This document shows, one piece after another, positions 17,946-27,751 of a DNA stretch of 64,000 nucleotides. The notes under the pieces were generated by a model, which was not told the origin of the DNA, ran no database searches, and saw only the letters and a list, made by a program, of their open reading frames with translations. How positions within the stretch are numbered: position 1 is the first letter of the stretch; every line of letters starts with the position of its first letter. Source of the DNA: Trueperaceae bacterium. Its GTDB lineage: Bacteria; Deinococcota; Deinococci; Deinococcales; Trueperaceae. A program made the translations under genes and the position numbers. The stretch lies in contig OZ243927.1 in NCBI GenBank assembly GCA_965213925.1, positions 1,408,001 to 1,472,000 on the forward strand, given 5' to 3'.

Positions 17946-20348
17946 TTACTGCGCGCCTGGCTCGAGCCGCAACGTCCCTATCATTTCCTGCTCGACCTCT
18001 TCCCGGTTGGTCGGAATAACGATGTAGTCGACGTCGCGCCAGCGTCTCGTGAAGTCGCGGTAGTGCGCCGAAAAGACGTTCCCCGACTGCCCGGTCGTGT
18101 GCATGAACTGCGAGCGGTCGAGTTCCGCGAGGTCGTAGAGCGCCCGGTAGCCCGGTCCGGCGGTCTGTTCGAAACTTCCGTCTATCCCGAAGCGCGCTGC
18201 GTTGACCGTGAAGGGTCCGCCGCCGTTGGGGATAGTAATGTTAAAGAGCCCGCCGAGCGGCGTGTCGCCAAGCACGGGGTGGTCGTTGTCGGCGTAGTGC
18301 GCCTCGCCCCAGCGCCAAGCGTCTAAGTTGTTGCCGTAACGCTCCTTCGTCGCGGAGAGCGCCCGCTCAAACGCCGCTACAATCTGCGCCTCGCACGTTT
18401 CTTTCGCCTCCGTGCGGACGTCGTCGCACCACGCCGGGCTGTTCTGCAAAATGTTGCGGACGACGAGCGGGCGAAAGCCCCAATAGTCGCCAAAGAGGTC
18501 GCCGAGTTCGTCCGCGTAGAGCCCCCTCGTAAACTCGGCGTACCACGCCTCGAAGAGCAGCGGCTCCGGTCCGTCCCGCGCCATCGTCCCGTCCCAGCCG
18601 AGCAGCTCAGCTTGCGCGTCCCTTAACGTTTGATCTTCGAAGGAAGCGTTGAGCAGCACCCGCAAGAATTCCCGCGCCATGAGCGAGGTTTGGTCCGCTT
18701 GAATGCGGCGGAAGGACGCCAGGGAGTGCGCGGACGTTTGTCCTAACAAGGTCGTGATGCGCTCGGCGCGGTAGGGCTCCGCCCACTCGGAGGTTAAGAA
18801 GTAGGGGTAGTCGTCGCTGACGATTTTATGGTTCGCCGTCATGATCTGACCTGAGGGCGGATTGAAGGCTCGCGGCAAATCCTCGAAGGGAATAAAACCC
18901 GTCCAGTCGTACTCGCCCGACCAGCCGGGCACCGGCACGAGACCGTCGCCCTTCGCACGGATGGGCACGCGAGCGGGCGCGATCAGACCGATGTTGCCCG
19001 CTACATCCGCGTAGACGATGCTCTGCTGCGGCGAGTGAAAGTCGCGCGTCGCGTTCTCGAACTCCGCCCAGTTGCGCGTGCGGTTGAGCGCCAAGCCCGC
19101 TTGCATGGAGAGGTCATCGTCGCGTAGGGTCGTCCAGGCGAAGGCGAGCGCGTAACGTTCACCCGGTTCGCCTCGAGTCGCCCCATTCGCCACCCTAGCC
19201 GCCGCCGCGCTCACATCCGAAATAATCGGACCGTGACGGCTCTCGCGCACCTCTAAAAGCACGTCGTCCCCACCTTTGACCTTGATGATCTCGCTGCGGC
19301 GCATAAACGCCCGTGTCCCGTCCGGCGTTTCATAGACGTCAGGGTCGTCGGACGCGATGCGTTCGATAAAGAGGTCTTGCGTATCCGGTCCCGTGTTCGT
19401 GAAGCCCCACGCGGTGGCGTCCGTGCGCCCGAGTACGGCGATGGGTAGCCCCGGCAGCGTCGCGCCGGTTACGTCCAGACCGGGCGCGCTCAGGTGCGCG
19501 AAGTACCACAGCGAGGGCGCTTGGAGCTGCAGATGTGGGTCGTTAGCGAGGAGCGGGCTCCCGGTGACGCTCTTCGCGCCGCTCAGCACCCAGTTGTTCG
19601 AGCCGGTGCCGGGCGGCAGCGGTTTGGGTGAGGTCGCCCAGAGGTCGGCTAGAGGTAAATTCTCGTTCAAGTCTTCGTAAAGCGCGCGGAAGTCGGGCAG
19701 GACGACGGGCGCGTCGCCGGGGTAGGGCGGGAAGAGGTCGGCGACCTGCTCGCGCGATAGGTGCGTGAGGAGCCGCGCCCGCAGGAGTTCGTCGCCCCAG
19801 TTGCCCGACAGGTCCCAGGACAACATCTTGAGCCATACAATCGAGTCGGCGGGCTCCCACGCATGAGGTTCGTAGCCCAAGATGAGGAACTCGGGCGGCA
19901 GCGGTCCGCGCCGCGTCTCTAAAAACGAGTTGACGCCCGCGCTGTAGGCGAGCAGCGCCCCTTGGGTGGGCGCGTTGAGGTTGTCGAAGGTGCGCTCCGC
20001 CGCGCGGTAAACGCCCAGCGTACGCAGAAATTTGTCCGTCTCTAAAGCCGCCTCCCCGACGACCTCGGAGAGCCTGCCCGCGCCCACGCGCCGCTGAAAG
20101 TCCATCTGCCAGAGCCTGTCTTGTGCGTGGACGAAGCCGAGCGCGAAGTAGGCGTCCTCGGCGGAGTCCGCGTAGATGTGCGGCACGGCGTTCGCGTCGC
20201 GTACGACGTCCACGGGCGCGTTCAACCCGCCTATACGCAGCTCGCCCGACGTTTTAGGTAGCGAGCCTCTAAGCCAGATGAAGATGCCGAGCAGAACGAT
20301 CAGCAGAGCAACCGTTACCCAGGCTGCGCCGCGCAGAAGGCGTGTCAT
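17946..20348 (-). CDS. Penicillin acylase family Ntn-hydrolase
   Basis: VPHIYA, HAQDRLWQMD, GSNNW, LLANDPHL, GQSG. Confidence 0.95.
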   Translation of the reverse strand: MTRLLRGAAWVTVALLIVLLGIFIWLRGSLPKTSGELRIGGLNAPVDVVRDANAVPHIYADSAEDAYFALGFVHAQDRLWQMDFQRRVGAGRLSEVVGEAALETDKFLRTLGVYRAAERTFDNLNAPTQGALLAYSAGVNSFLETRRGPLPPEFLILGYEPHAWEPADSIVWLKMLSWDLSGNWGDELLRARLLTHLSREQVADLFPPYPGDAPVVLPDFRALYEDLNENLPLADLWATSPKPLPPGTGSNNWVLSGAKSVTGSPLLANDPHLQLQAPSLWYFAHLSAPGLDVTGATLPGLPIAVLGRTDATAWGFTNTGPDTQDLFIERIASDDPDVYETPDGTRAFMRRSEIIKVKGGDDVLLEVRESRHGPIISDVSAAAARVANGATRGEPGERYALAFAWTTLRDDDLSMQAGLALNRTRNWAEFENATRDFHSPQQSIVYADVAGNIGLIAPARVPIRAKGDGLVPVPGWSGEYDWTGFIPFEDLPRAFNPPSGQIMTANHKIVSDDYPYFLTSEWAEPYRAERITTLLGQTSAHSLASFRRIQADQTSLMAREFLRVLLNASFEDQTLRDAQAELLGWDGTMARDGPEPLLFEAWYAEFTRGLYADELGDLFGDYWGFRPLVVRNILQNSPAWCDDVRTEAKETCEAQIVAAFERALSATKERYGNNLDAWRWGEAHYADNDHPVLGDTPLGGLFNITIPNGGGPFTVNAARFGIDGSFEQTAGPGYRALYDLAELDRSQFMHTTGQSGNVFSAHYRDFTRRWRDVDYIVIPTNREEVEQEMIGTLRLEPGAQ

Positions 20349-20571
20349 GATGAGGTCAGTTTAGCAGTTCGGGCGCGTTTGGAACGTGCAGGTGGCACCG
20401 AGGAGGACGCCGGGTGAAGGCGCGGCGGGAGAAAGAGCACTATTTTGGTGAGGAGATGACGTAAGGGGGAGAAGCACGCTGACCTCTTCTCATCTCTACA
20501 TCTGGTTTTACGCAGCTCGAGCCCCGCACCCAGCCACAGTATTTCTGACAACCTCGCCTTACGCTTAGTTC

Positions 20572-21222
20572 ATGACCTCCTCTGATCTATCCACAGGCTG
20601 GCTCGACGTCAGTGTCACCGTTCGTTCCGGCTTGCCCGTGTGGCCCGGTAATCCGAGCGTCGACTTAACGCCCGTGCAGTCCTTTCCGCAAGGCGATAAG
20701 GTCACGATTTCCAAGCTCTCGCTGGGCGCGCATACGGGTACGCACATGGACGCGCCCTTGCATTTCATCCGGGCGGGCAAGACCATTGACGAGGTACCCT
20801 TGGACGTCGGGTTAGGTCGCGCCAGGGTAATCGAGATAGCAGGGGACGTGATTTCGCTGGAGGAGTTGGCGCAGCACGATATCGGGTCGGGCGAGCGCGT
20901 TCTATTCAAAACGAAGAACTCGGCGCGCGATCTGTGGTCGAAAGAGGACTTCACCGAAGACTACGTCTACGTTTCAACCGAAGCGGGCGACTATCTCACG
21001 GAGCGAGAGGTCAAGCTCGTCGGGGTGGACTACATTTCGGTGGGCGGCTACCAGATCAACGCGCCCGAGGTGCACCGTGCGCTGCTCGGGGGCGGCGTCT
21101 GGATCGTGGAGGGGTTGGACCTGTCGGGCGTCGCCCCCGGCGTCTACGACTTGCTCTGTTTGCCGCTGAAACTGAGGGGGCTCGAGGCGTCACCCGTTCG
21201 CGCCTTGCTGCGCCCCGCTTAG
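20572..21222 (+). CDS. Cyclase/kynurenine formamidase family protein
   Basis: HTGTHMDAPLH, GVDYIS, CLPLKL..ASPVRA. Confidence 0.93.
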   Translation: MTSSDLSTGWLDVSVTVRSGLPVWPGNPSVDLTPVQSFPQGDKVTISKLSLGAHTGTHMDAPLHFIRAGKTIDEVPLDVGLGRARVIEIAGDVISLEELAQHDIGSGERVLFKTKNSARDLWSKEDFTEDYVYVSTEAGDYLTEREVKLVGVDYISVGGYQINAPEVHRALLGGGVWIVEGLDLSGVAPGVYDLLCLPLKLRGLEASPVRALLRPA

Positions 21223-21346
21223 TTTCAGCGCGGCGCTTTGACAAACCGCTGACATCGCCACGTTAAGTTGCCCGTGAGGTCTTTCACAGGTGAAGCGCGA
21301 CTGAGCGAAGCTTGGAGCCGTGCCTGTGGCTTCAGAGGAGGAGACT

Positions 21347-23437
21347 ATGCTAGGACGACTTCTTGGGTACGCGGCGCTCGGCGGCGCGGCACTTACAGGC
21401 ACCGGTTTTGCACAAACGGGTGGCGCGACGGGTGGCGCGATGACAGGGGGCATGGAAACGGGAGGTTCAGCCGACCTCTCCATGTCGCAGACGAGCGACC
21501 CGTATTACGCGCTAGGACAGCAGACCCTACAGCAAATGCTGGAGCAACAGCCTAACAACAATGAGGCGCAAAACGTCATCATCTTCGTCGCGGACGGTGC
21601 CGGACCCACGACGGTCACGGCAACGCGCATCTTAGCGGGGCAAATGAAGGGTTTGCAGGGCGAAGAGAACATCCTCCCTTACGACACTTTCCCGAACGTC
21701 GCTTTGATCAAAACCTACAACTCCAACGCGCAAGTCCCTGACTCGGCGGGCACAGGTACGGCCTGGAGCACGGGCATCAAGACGAAGCAGGGCGTACTGG
21801 GCGTCGGCCCGGATGTGATGCGCGGCGACTGCGCCTCTGCCCAGGAAAACCGCCTCACCACCCTTTTCGAACTCGCCGAGACGGTCGGCATGGCGACAGG
21901 TACGGTTAGCACCGCCCGCATCACCCACGCGACGCCAGCGGCCAACTACGCGCACTCCGCCGACCGCAACTGGGAGGACAACTCCGCGCTGCCCGAAGAG
22001 GCCGTTCAGCAAGGCTGCACGGACATCGCCTCGCAGCTTATCGAGTTTCCTTATGGCGACGGCTTAGAGGTCGCGATGGGCGGCGGACGCCGCCACTTTT
22101 TGCCCGAGGACGTGCAAGACCCCGAAGACGAAAGTGAGACGGGCCGCCGCACCGACGGGCGCAACTTAACCCAAGAGTGGGTACAGGGACGTGAAGGGGC
22201 GACGTACGTCTGGAACCAAGAGAACTTTGACGCCATCGACGCGACCTCTACAGGTCCGGTTTTGGGACTTTTTAATCAGTCACACATGGAGTACGAGGCG
22301 GACCGCTCCGAGGACACGGGCGGCGAGCCTGCGCTTAGCGACATGGTCTCTAAAGCCATCGACATCTTGTCGCAAAACGAACAAGGCTACATCCTCCAGG
22401 TCGAGTCGGGTCGCGTGGATCATGCCAGTCACGGCACGAACGCCTTTCGCACGCTGACCGATAACATCGCGTTCGCCAACGCGGTACAAACCGCGCTGGA
22501 CAAAGTGGATACCGAGAACACCCTCATTATCGTCACCGCCGACCACGCCCACACGATGGACATCGCGGGCTATCCGCAGCGCGGTAACCCGATTTTGGGT
22601 TTAGTCAGAGGGCTCGACGACCAGGGCGAGCCGGTGGACGAACTCGCGCTCGCCGCCGACGGCAAGCCCTACACCACCTTGGGCTACCTCAACGGTCCCG
22701 GCGCGGTCATCGGCGAACGCCCCGACCTTACAGACGTGGACACGCAAGCGAAAGACTTCTTTCAGCAGGCGCTCGTCCCGCTGAGCAGCGAGACACACGA
22801 CGGCACGGACATCGCTGCGTACGCCATCGGTCCGCGTGCGTACCTCGTCCGCGGCACCGTCGAGCAGAACTACCTCTTCCACGTGATGAACTACGCCTTA
22901 GGCAACTTGGCAGAGCAAGCTGGCGTCAGCGCCGAGGCGCAGGGCGACGCGCCTCAAGTTGAAACGGGTATGACCGACCTCTCGGTGTTAGCGAGCGGCA
23001 CCAGCTTCTCGAGCAGCGCCCAAGGTGGTGAGATGACCGGCGGCGAGATAACAGGTGGCGCGATGACGGGCGGCGAGACCGGCGGTGAAGCTACGGGCGC
23101 ACCCGCTGGCGACTCGACTGTGAGCACGCCGAACTTAGATGAGACCATCTCCGCCCTAGAGGGCGGCGTGGAGAACTTGGACGAGGATACCGCGGTTGAG
23201 GTCATCCGAGGCTGGCAGCAGCGCCTCAGCAGCTTAGACGACCCCGACTTGCAGCCCATTGTGACCTCTTTAGAGCAGCTCGGGACGGCGCTCGGCACGG
23301 GCAGCGCGCAAGCCACCGACATCCTCTCCCGCTTGGGCGAAGAGACCACGCAGTACGCGGAGGGCTTAGAGGGTCAGCAAGCCGAGTCGGTGCGCCGCTT
23401 AGGTGAACTCCTCTCGCAGGCGGCGTCGGGCAACTAA
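21347..23437 (+). CDS. phoA: Secreted alkaline phosphatase with TGG linker and extra C-terminal helical domain
   Basis: FVADG, VPDSAGT (catalytic Ser), THATPA, VESGRVDHASH, TADH, ETH; ATG 21347 after GAGGAGG. Confidence 0.92.
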   Translation: MLGRLLGYAALGGAALTGTGFAQTGGATGGAMTGGMETGGSADLSMSQTSDPYYALGQQTLQQMLEQQPNNNEAQNVIIFVADGAGPTTVTATRILAGQMKGLQGEENILPYDTFPNVALIKTYNSNAQVPDSAGTGTAWSTGIKTKQGVLGVGPDVMRGDCASAQENRLTTLFELAETVGMATGTVSTARITHATPAANYAHSADRNWEDNSALPEEAVQQGCTDIASQLIEFPYGDGLEVAMGGGRRHFLPEDVQDPEDESETGRRTDGRNLTQEWVQGREGATYVWNQENFDAIDATSTGPVLGLFNQSHMEYEADRSEDTGGEPALSDMVSKAIDILSQNEQGYILQVESGRVDHASHGTNAFRTLTDNIAFANAVQTALDKVDTENTLIIVTADHAHTMDIAGYPQRGNPILGLVRGLDDQGEPVDELALAADGKPYTTLGYLNGPGAVIGERPDLTDVDTQAKDFFQQALVPLSSETHDGTDIAAYAIGPRAYLVRGTVEQNYLFHVMNYALGNLAEQAGVSAEAQGDAPQVETGMTDLSVLASGTSFSSSAQGGEMTGGEITGGAMTGGETGGEATGAPAGDSTVSTPNLDETISALEGGVENLDEDTAVEVIRGWQQRLSSLDDPDLQPIVTSLEQLGTALGTGSAQATDILSRLGEETTQYAEGLEGQQAESVRRLGELLSQAASGN

Positions 23438-23449
23438 ACTTCGCCACTC

Positions 23450-23489
23450 GAGAAACCTGGGAGCCTTGCGCTCTCAGGTTCTCTTTTTA
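23450..23489 (+). terminator. Intrinsic terminator
   Basis: GAGAAACCTGGGAGC..GCTCTCAGGTTCTC followed by a T-run. Confidence 0.65.
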
Positions 23490-23554
23490 CCTACATGAGC
23501 GTCGCATGACCAAACTGCCCGCGATTTTTCCTACAATGAAGAAGAGGTGATGAG

Positions 23555-23974
23555 ATGTTCCGGTTAGTTCTCCCTTTCGCGCTCCTAGCGCTTAGTTTTT
23601 CCTTCGCTCAACCCACCTTTACTTTCGGCGACCTCTACTCGGACGTGGACACGCAAGAATTTACCCCCGAACTCCAGGCGGCTTCAGGCGAAACGGTCAC
23701 GATGCTCGGCTTCGCCGCCCCGCCCTTAAAACCCGACGCGGACTTTTTCGTCTTGACCAAGTACCCGATGGACGTATGCCCCTTCTGCGAGACCGAAGCG
23801 GATTGGCCGCCCGACATTGTCTACGTGAAGCTGCCCGAAGGTGGCACGGATACGATCATCTTCGGGGCGCTCGAGGTCACAGGCACCCTAGAAGTTGGCA
23901 CCGCCAAAGATCCCGACACGGGCTTCGTCTCGAAAATCCGTATTCAGGCAGACAAGGTGGAGCGTGCTGGTTAG
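23555..23974 (+). CDS. Exported DUF3299-like protein
   Basis: Signal peptide; GF..PP, FFVLT..P...CPFC...PPDIVYV. Confidence 0.7.
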   Translation: MFRLVLPFALLALSFSFAQPTFTFGDLYSDVDTQEFTPELQAASGETVTMLGFAAPPLKPDADFFVLTKYPMDVCPFCETEADWPPDIVYVKLPEGGTDTIIFGALEVTGTLEVGTAKDPDTGFVSKIRIQADKVERAG

Positions 23975-24129
23975 CGGCAGGTTACTTCGTTCCGTCTCCT
24001 CCCGAAGGGAGCAGCCTACGGAAGGCTTCGCTTCGTGGAGATAGCTACGCGCAATCAAAATCGGTCTCGCTTATGCTCGGAACTGGTCATCAACGCAGCG
24101 AGTTTCGCAAGCGCTCCCTTTAGCTCGAG

Positions 24130-24843
24130 GTGGTCATTATGTTACCTGCGGTGAATACACGCGAGCTAAATAAGGAACACGCGGGCGAACCTCTCTCTTC
24201 TCCAGCTAGGGTGCGAGCAAGAGGTCTGGAAGTCCACTACGCCCAAGACGCCCACATCGAACTGCCCGACCTGACCTTGAACGCAAACCAAGAACTCGCT
24301 TTAGTCGGTCCGAGTGGCTCGGGTAAGACGACGCTCTTACATGTCCTCGCCGGGCTTTTAGGGCCAACTAGGGGCGAGGTCGAGATTGCAGGCGAACCTC
24401 TTACAAAGATGCCGCAACGACGCCTCGAGCGCTTTCGTGCTCAGCACATCGGCTTGGTCTTCCAAGATTTGCACCTCGTTGACGGCTACACCGCTTTGGA
24501 AAACGTCATCGTCGCGCTCGCCGCTGCTGGCGTGCCCCTCGGCGAAGCAAAAGGGCGGGCGCGAGACCTCTTGAGTGACCTCGACCTGGCACACAGGTTA
24601 AACTACCTGCCCAAACGCCTCTCTACAGGCGAGCGGCAGCGCGTGGCGATTGCGCGGGCGACGGCTGCGAACCCCGTCGTCCTGTTAGCAGACGAACCCA
24701 CGGCGAACCTCGACCGTGAGCGGGGCGCGGCGGCTTTGGACCTCTTGCGCCAAGTGGCGCGGCGCTCTAACGCTGCTTTGATTGTCTCGACGCATGACCC
24801 GGCGGTGAAGGGGGCGTTTGACGAGGTGGTTGAGCTTGGGTGA
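24130..24843 (+). CDS. ABC transporter ATP-binding protein (LolD/MacB-like)
   Basis: GPSGSGKTT, LSTGERQRVAIARA, LLADEPTANLD, STHD. Confidence 0.95.
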   Translation: MVIMLPAVNTRELNKEHAGEPLSSPARVRARGLEVHYAQDAHIELPDLTLNANQELALVGPSGSGKTTLLHVLAGLLGPTRGEVEIAGEPLTKMPQRRLERFRAQHIGLVFQDLHLVDGYTALENVIVALAAAGVPLGEAKGRARDLLSDLDLAHRLNYLPKRLSTGERQRVAIARATAANPVVLLADEPTANLDRERGAAALDLLRQVARRSNAALIVSTHDPAVKGAFDEVVELG

Positions 24844-24982
24844 GGCTCGAGTTTGTTATGCTTGTCCTACGTTATATAACGCTTCACGCTTTTCATAAGG
24901 ATGCGGCGATCGCGTATATTCTGGGAAACTTACACCACATGGGATGCTCTAGTCAAAGTCAACAACTACTGGGGAAAATGCA

Positions 24983-25414
24983 TTGGTACGTGAGATAAAT
25001 TTACCTCAATTTGACAATGCCTTAGCTTTAGATATGGGGCTCAAAATTTTGGACTTGGCAAAGAGCAGAAACCATTCTATAGCTGTGTCAATTGACCGAC
25101 TCAATCACACAGTATTTAAGTACATTTCAGATGGTTTGCCTGAAGACAAGCATGACTGGTTGAGACGCAAGGCAAATGTGGCAGTTCGTTTTGAAGAAAG
25201 CTCATTAAGCGTAAAAGAGGACCTTCAGAATGGTGGAATGTCGCTCTCAACTACTTTTGGTTTAGATGAAAAAGAGTTTGTCGCTAAAGGTGGCTCTATA
25301 CCGCTAAAAGTAGAGGGGGTAGGCTTGATAGGAGTGGTGACGGTGTCTGGCTTGTCAGATATTGAAGATCATCAACTGATCGTGGACGCCTTGCACGACT
25401 ACATTTCCCATTAG
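24983..25414 (+). CDS. Heme-degrading-domain (UPF0303/GlcG-HbpS-like) protein, AT-rich
   Basis: FDN..ALDMG, WLRRKANV..RFEESS, GGSIP, VSGL..DH. Confidence 0.85.
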   Translation: MVREINLPQFDNALALDMGLKILDLAKSRNHSIAVSIDRLNHTVFKYISDGLPEDKHDWLRRKANVAVRFEESSLSVKEDLQNGGMSLSTTFGLDEKEFVAKGGSIPLKVEGVGLIGVVTVSGLSDIEDHQLIVDALHDYISH

Positions 25415-25528
25415 TTCGCAGCGACAAACTGTTGCAATAGACTCGAAAAAGCCCCTCGCCACCGAATAGGGGCGTTGAGGCACCTTTCACTGACGTCCCA
25501 CTGACACAAACCCGCTATTTTAGAGTCT

Positions 25529-27232
25529 ATGTCCAGTCTCTCCGCCGGACTCAAGCACTTGCGTCTCACGCTCTGGGTCCTCCTGCGCTCCTTGCGAATG
25601 CGCCTCTTCGCTAACGTCTTAACCGTCGTCGCGGTGCTCTTAGGCGTCGGTTTGGCGCTGGTTGTCCCTTTGAGCCTCCGCGCTTTTCAACGCGGCGCAA
25701 CCGAGGCGGCGCAGATTTTCGACCTCTTGGTCACAGCAGAGGGCTCGCAGACCCAAGCGGTGCTGAGCACGATTTACTATCAGAACGCGCCCGTCGGTAA
25801 CATTCCGTACCGCGTCTACGCCGCGCTGAGGGATGACCCGCGTACCGAGCGGGCGGTGCCCGTCGGCTTCGGCGACAGCGTTCAGGGCTATCCGCTCGTC
25901 GGTACGACGCCTGCGTACTTCGCGCTAAGGACCGCGCCGCAAGCGCCACTTTATTATCAGCTCGAGCGAGGGACCATCTTCTCAGGTCCCTTTCAAGCTG
26001 TTCTGGGCGCACAGGTCGCTAGAGAGACGGGCTTCGACTTGGGCGACACCTTTAGAAGTGCGCACGGCGTGACCGAAACCTTCGAGCCCACTATGCACGC
26101 CGACGAGTACCGTGTGGTCGGGATTTTGGAGCCGACGGGCGGACCTTCGGACCGGGCGGTGTATACGGCGCTCGAATCCATCTGGAATTCACACGGGCAG
26201 TTTTCACCCGAAGCGGGCACGGTGGACGCGGAACATGCGTGCGCACACATGACGGGCGGGGCGGGCGAAACGCGAACGGCGAAGCTCGAGCCTGAAAATT
26301 TAGACACAGTTAGCGAGGTTCACACCCGTTACGAAGTAGGTCTGTTGGCGCTAGCGGGCGCAGACAGGGGCGGCGTGCTGCGCTTCACGGCGGATGAAGC
26401 GGCAGACTACGCCTTTTTCGCTGACCAGAGCGCTGTCCTTACTCTCACGGATGAACGTGGAGAGGCGCTCACTCCCGAACTCGTAGTTGGAGAGGACGAT
26501 ATCGAAGCGTGCCTGGATATTTTCTCGGCGCACGTTTTCCATGTCGAATCCGGCGACTATCTCTTGCAGGTCAACGCGGCAGAGCGTGACATATTGACTT
26601 TAACTATTGAAGAGGTCGGGCGTGAGGGTGAGGCGCGCACTGAAGAGGTCGCGGCTCTCACCGACCTCGCGGACGCATCACCTGGCGGGGCGGACCCCAG
26701 AGAGGTCACTGCTGTTCTCTATGCGACCGAAGATTTAGGGGCGCTCTACCAAATTGCCGGGACGCTAGACGAGCTTCCCGGCGTGCAGGCGGTTTTTCCG
26801 GGCGGTGTCATCAACGGGCTTCTGAGCTTACTCGGTCAGGGGCGGCAGACCTACGGGCTCTTGGCGAATATCATCTTAGCTTTAGCGGTCATCACGGTGG
26901 CGCTCAATACGTACGCGGGCGCGGTGCAGGCGCAGAAGAGCTTGGCGGTGTTGCGGGCGGTGGGCGTATCGCGGTCCATTGTTGCGGGAAGCGTGCTTTT
27001 AGAAGCCGCGCTGCTAAGTTTCATCGGCATCGTGCTAGGTGTGTTTGCGGCGTACTTGGGCGTCACTTTGGTCGGGCAAGTGATTCAAACCCAAGCGAGT
27101 TTGACCTTGCCCACGCCCGAGCTGAGCCGCGCGGACTGGTGGCGCGGGCTCATCCTCTTGCCGGTGGCGGTGCTTTTTGCGCTGCTGCCTGCGCTAAGGG
27201 CGGCGCAAAAGAGCCCCTTGGAGAACTTATAA
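25529..27232 (+). CDS. MacB/FtsX-like ABC permease with an internal periplasmic insertion
   Basis: DLLV.A.GS..Q.VL, AVP..FGDS, VVGILEPTG.P.DRA, LAVLRAVG; His/Cys-containing insertion. Confidence 0.88.
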   Translation: MSSLSAGLKHLRLTLWVLLRSLRMRLFANVLTVVAVLLGVGLALVVPLSLRAFQRGATEAAQIFDLLVTAEGSQTQAVLSTIYYQNAPVGNIPYRVYAALRDDPRTERAVPVGFGDSVQGYPLVGTTPAYFALRTAPQAPLYYQLERGTIFSGPFQAVLGAQVARETGFDLGDTFRSAHGVTETFEPTMHADEYRVVGILEPTGGPSDRAVYTALESIWNSHGQFSPEAGTVDAEHACAHMTGGAGETRTAKLEPENLDTVSEVHTRYEVGLLALAGADRGGVLRFTADEAADYAFFADQSAVLTLTDERGEALTPELVVGEDDIEACLDIFSAHVFHVESGDYLLQVNAAERDILTLTIEEVGREGEARTEEVAALTDLADASPGGADPREVTAVLYATEDLGALYQIAGTLDELPGVQAVFPGGVINGLLSLLGQGRQTYGLLANIILALAVITVALNTYAGAVQAQKSLAVLRAVGVSRSIVAGSVLLEAALLSFIGIVLGVFAAYLGVTLVGQVIQTQASLTLPTPELSRADWWRGLILLPVAVLFALLPALRAAQKSPLENL

Positions 27233-27238
27233 TCCTTC

Positions 27239-27751
27239 ATGCGACGCTTTTTGCTGGTCTTCTTCATCTTTGCCTCCGCGTCCGCGCAAGAGGTCGGCGA
27301 CCCCGCGCCCGACTTCGCGCTCCTTGACCGTGAAGGACAGAGGGTTTCGCTCGCCGACTTTACAGGAACACCCGCCGTGCTCAACTTCTGGGCGACGTGG
27401 TGCTTGCCTTGTGTAGAAGAGTTGCCCCTCTTGCAGCGGGCAAGTGAGGCGCTAGGCAAAGAGGGCGCGTTTTTGCTCGTCAACAATAGCGAGAGCGCAG
27501 AGGCGGCAGCGGTGTATTTAGAAGAACACGGGATTACAGTAAGGGCGGGACTCGAGCCCACCCGCCGCGAACGCGCTGAGTTGGACCTCGACACCACAAC
27601 GAATGTGCTGCGGCGCTATCAGGTGTTCGGCATCCCGACAACCATCTTTATTGATGCGGAGGGCGTAGTGCAGAGCGTCAAGACCGGACCGCTTTCGGCG
27701 TCGGACCTAGCTGAGCGGTTGGCGGAGATAGGGGTAGTATGGCGACCTTGA
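27239..27751 (+). CDS. TlpA/ResA-like thiol-disulfide oxidoreductase
   Basis: Signal peptide; APDF, NFWATWCLPC, GIPTT. Confidence 0.92.
   Translation: MRRFLLVFFIFASASAQEVGDPAPDFALLDREGQRVSLADFTGTPAVLNFWATWCLPCVEELPLLQRASEALGKEGAFLLVNNSESAEAAAVYLEEHGITVRAGLEPTRRERAELDLDTTTNVLRRYQVFGIPTTIFIDAEGVVQSVKTGPLSASDLAERLAEIGVVWRP

Noticed and set aside
24844..25480. Integron cassette explanation for the AT-rich gene
   Set aside because: No convincing RYYYAAC...GTTRRRY attC pairing and no integrase in the window.
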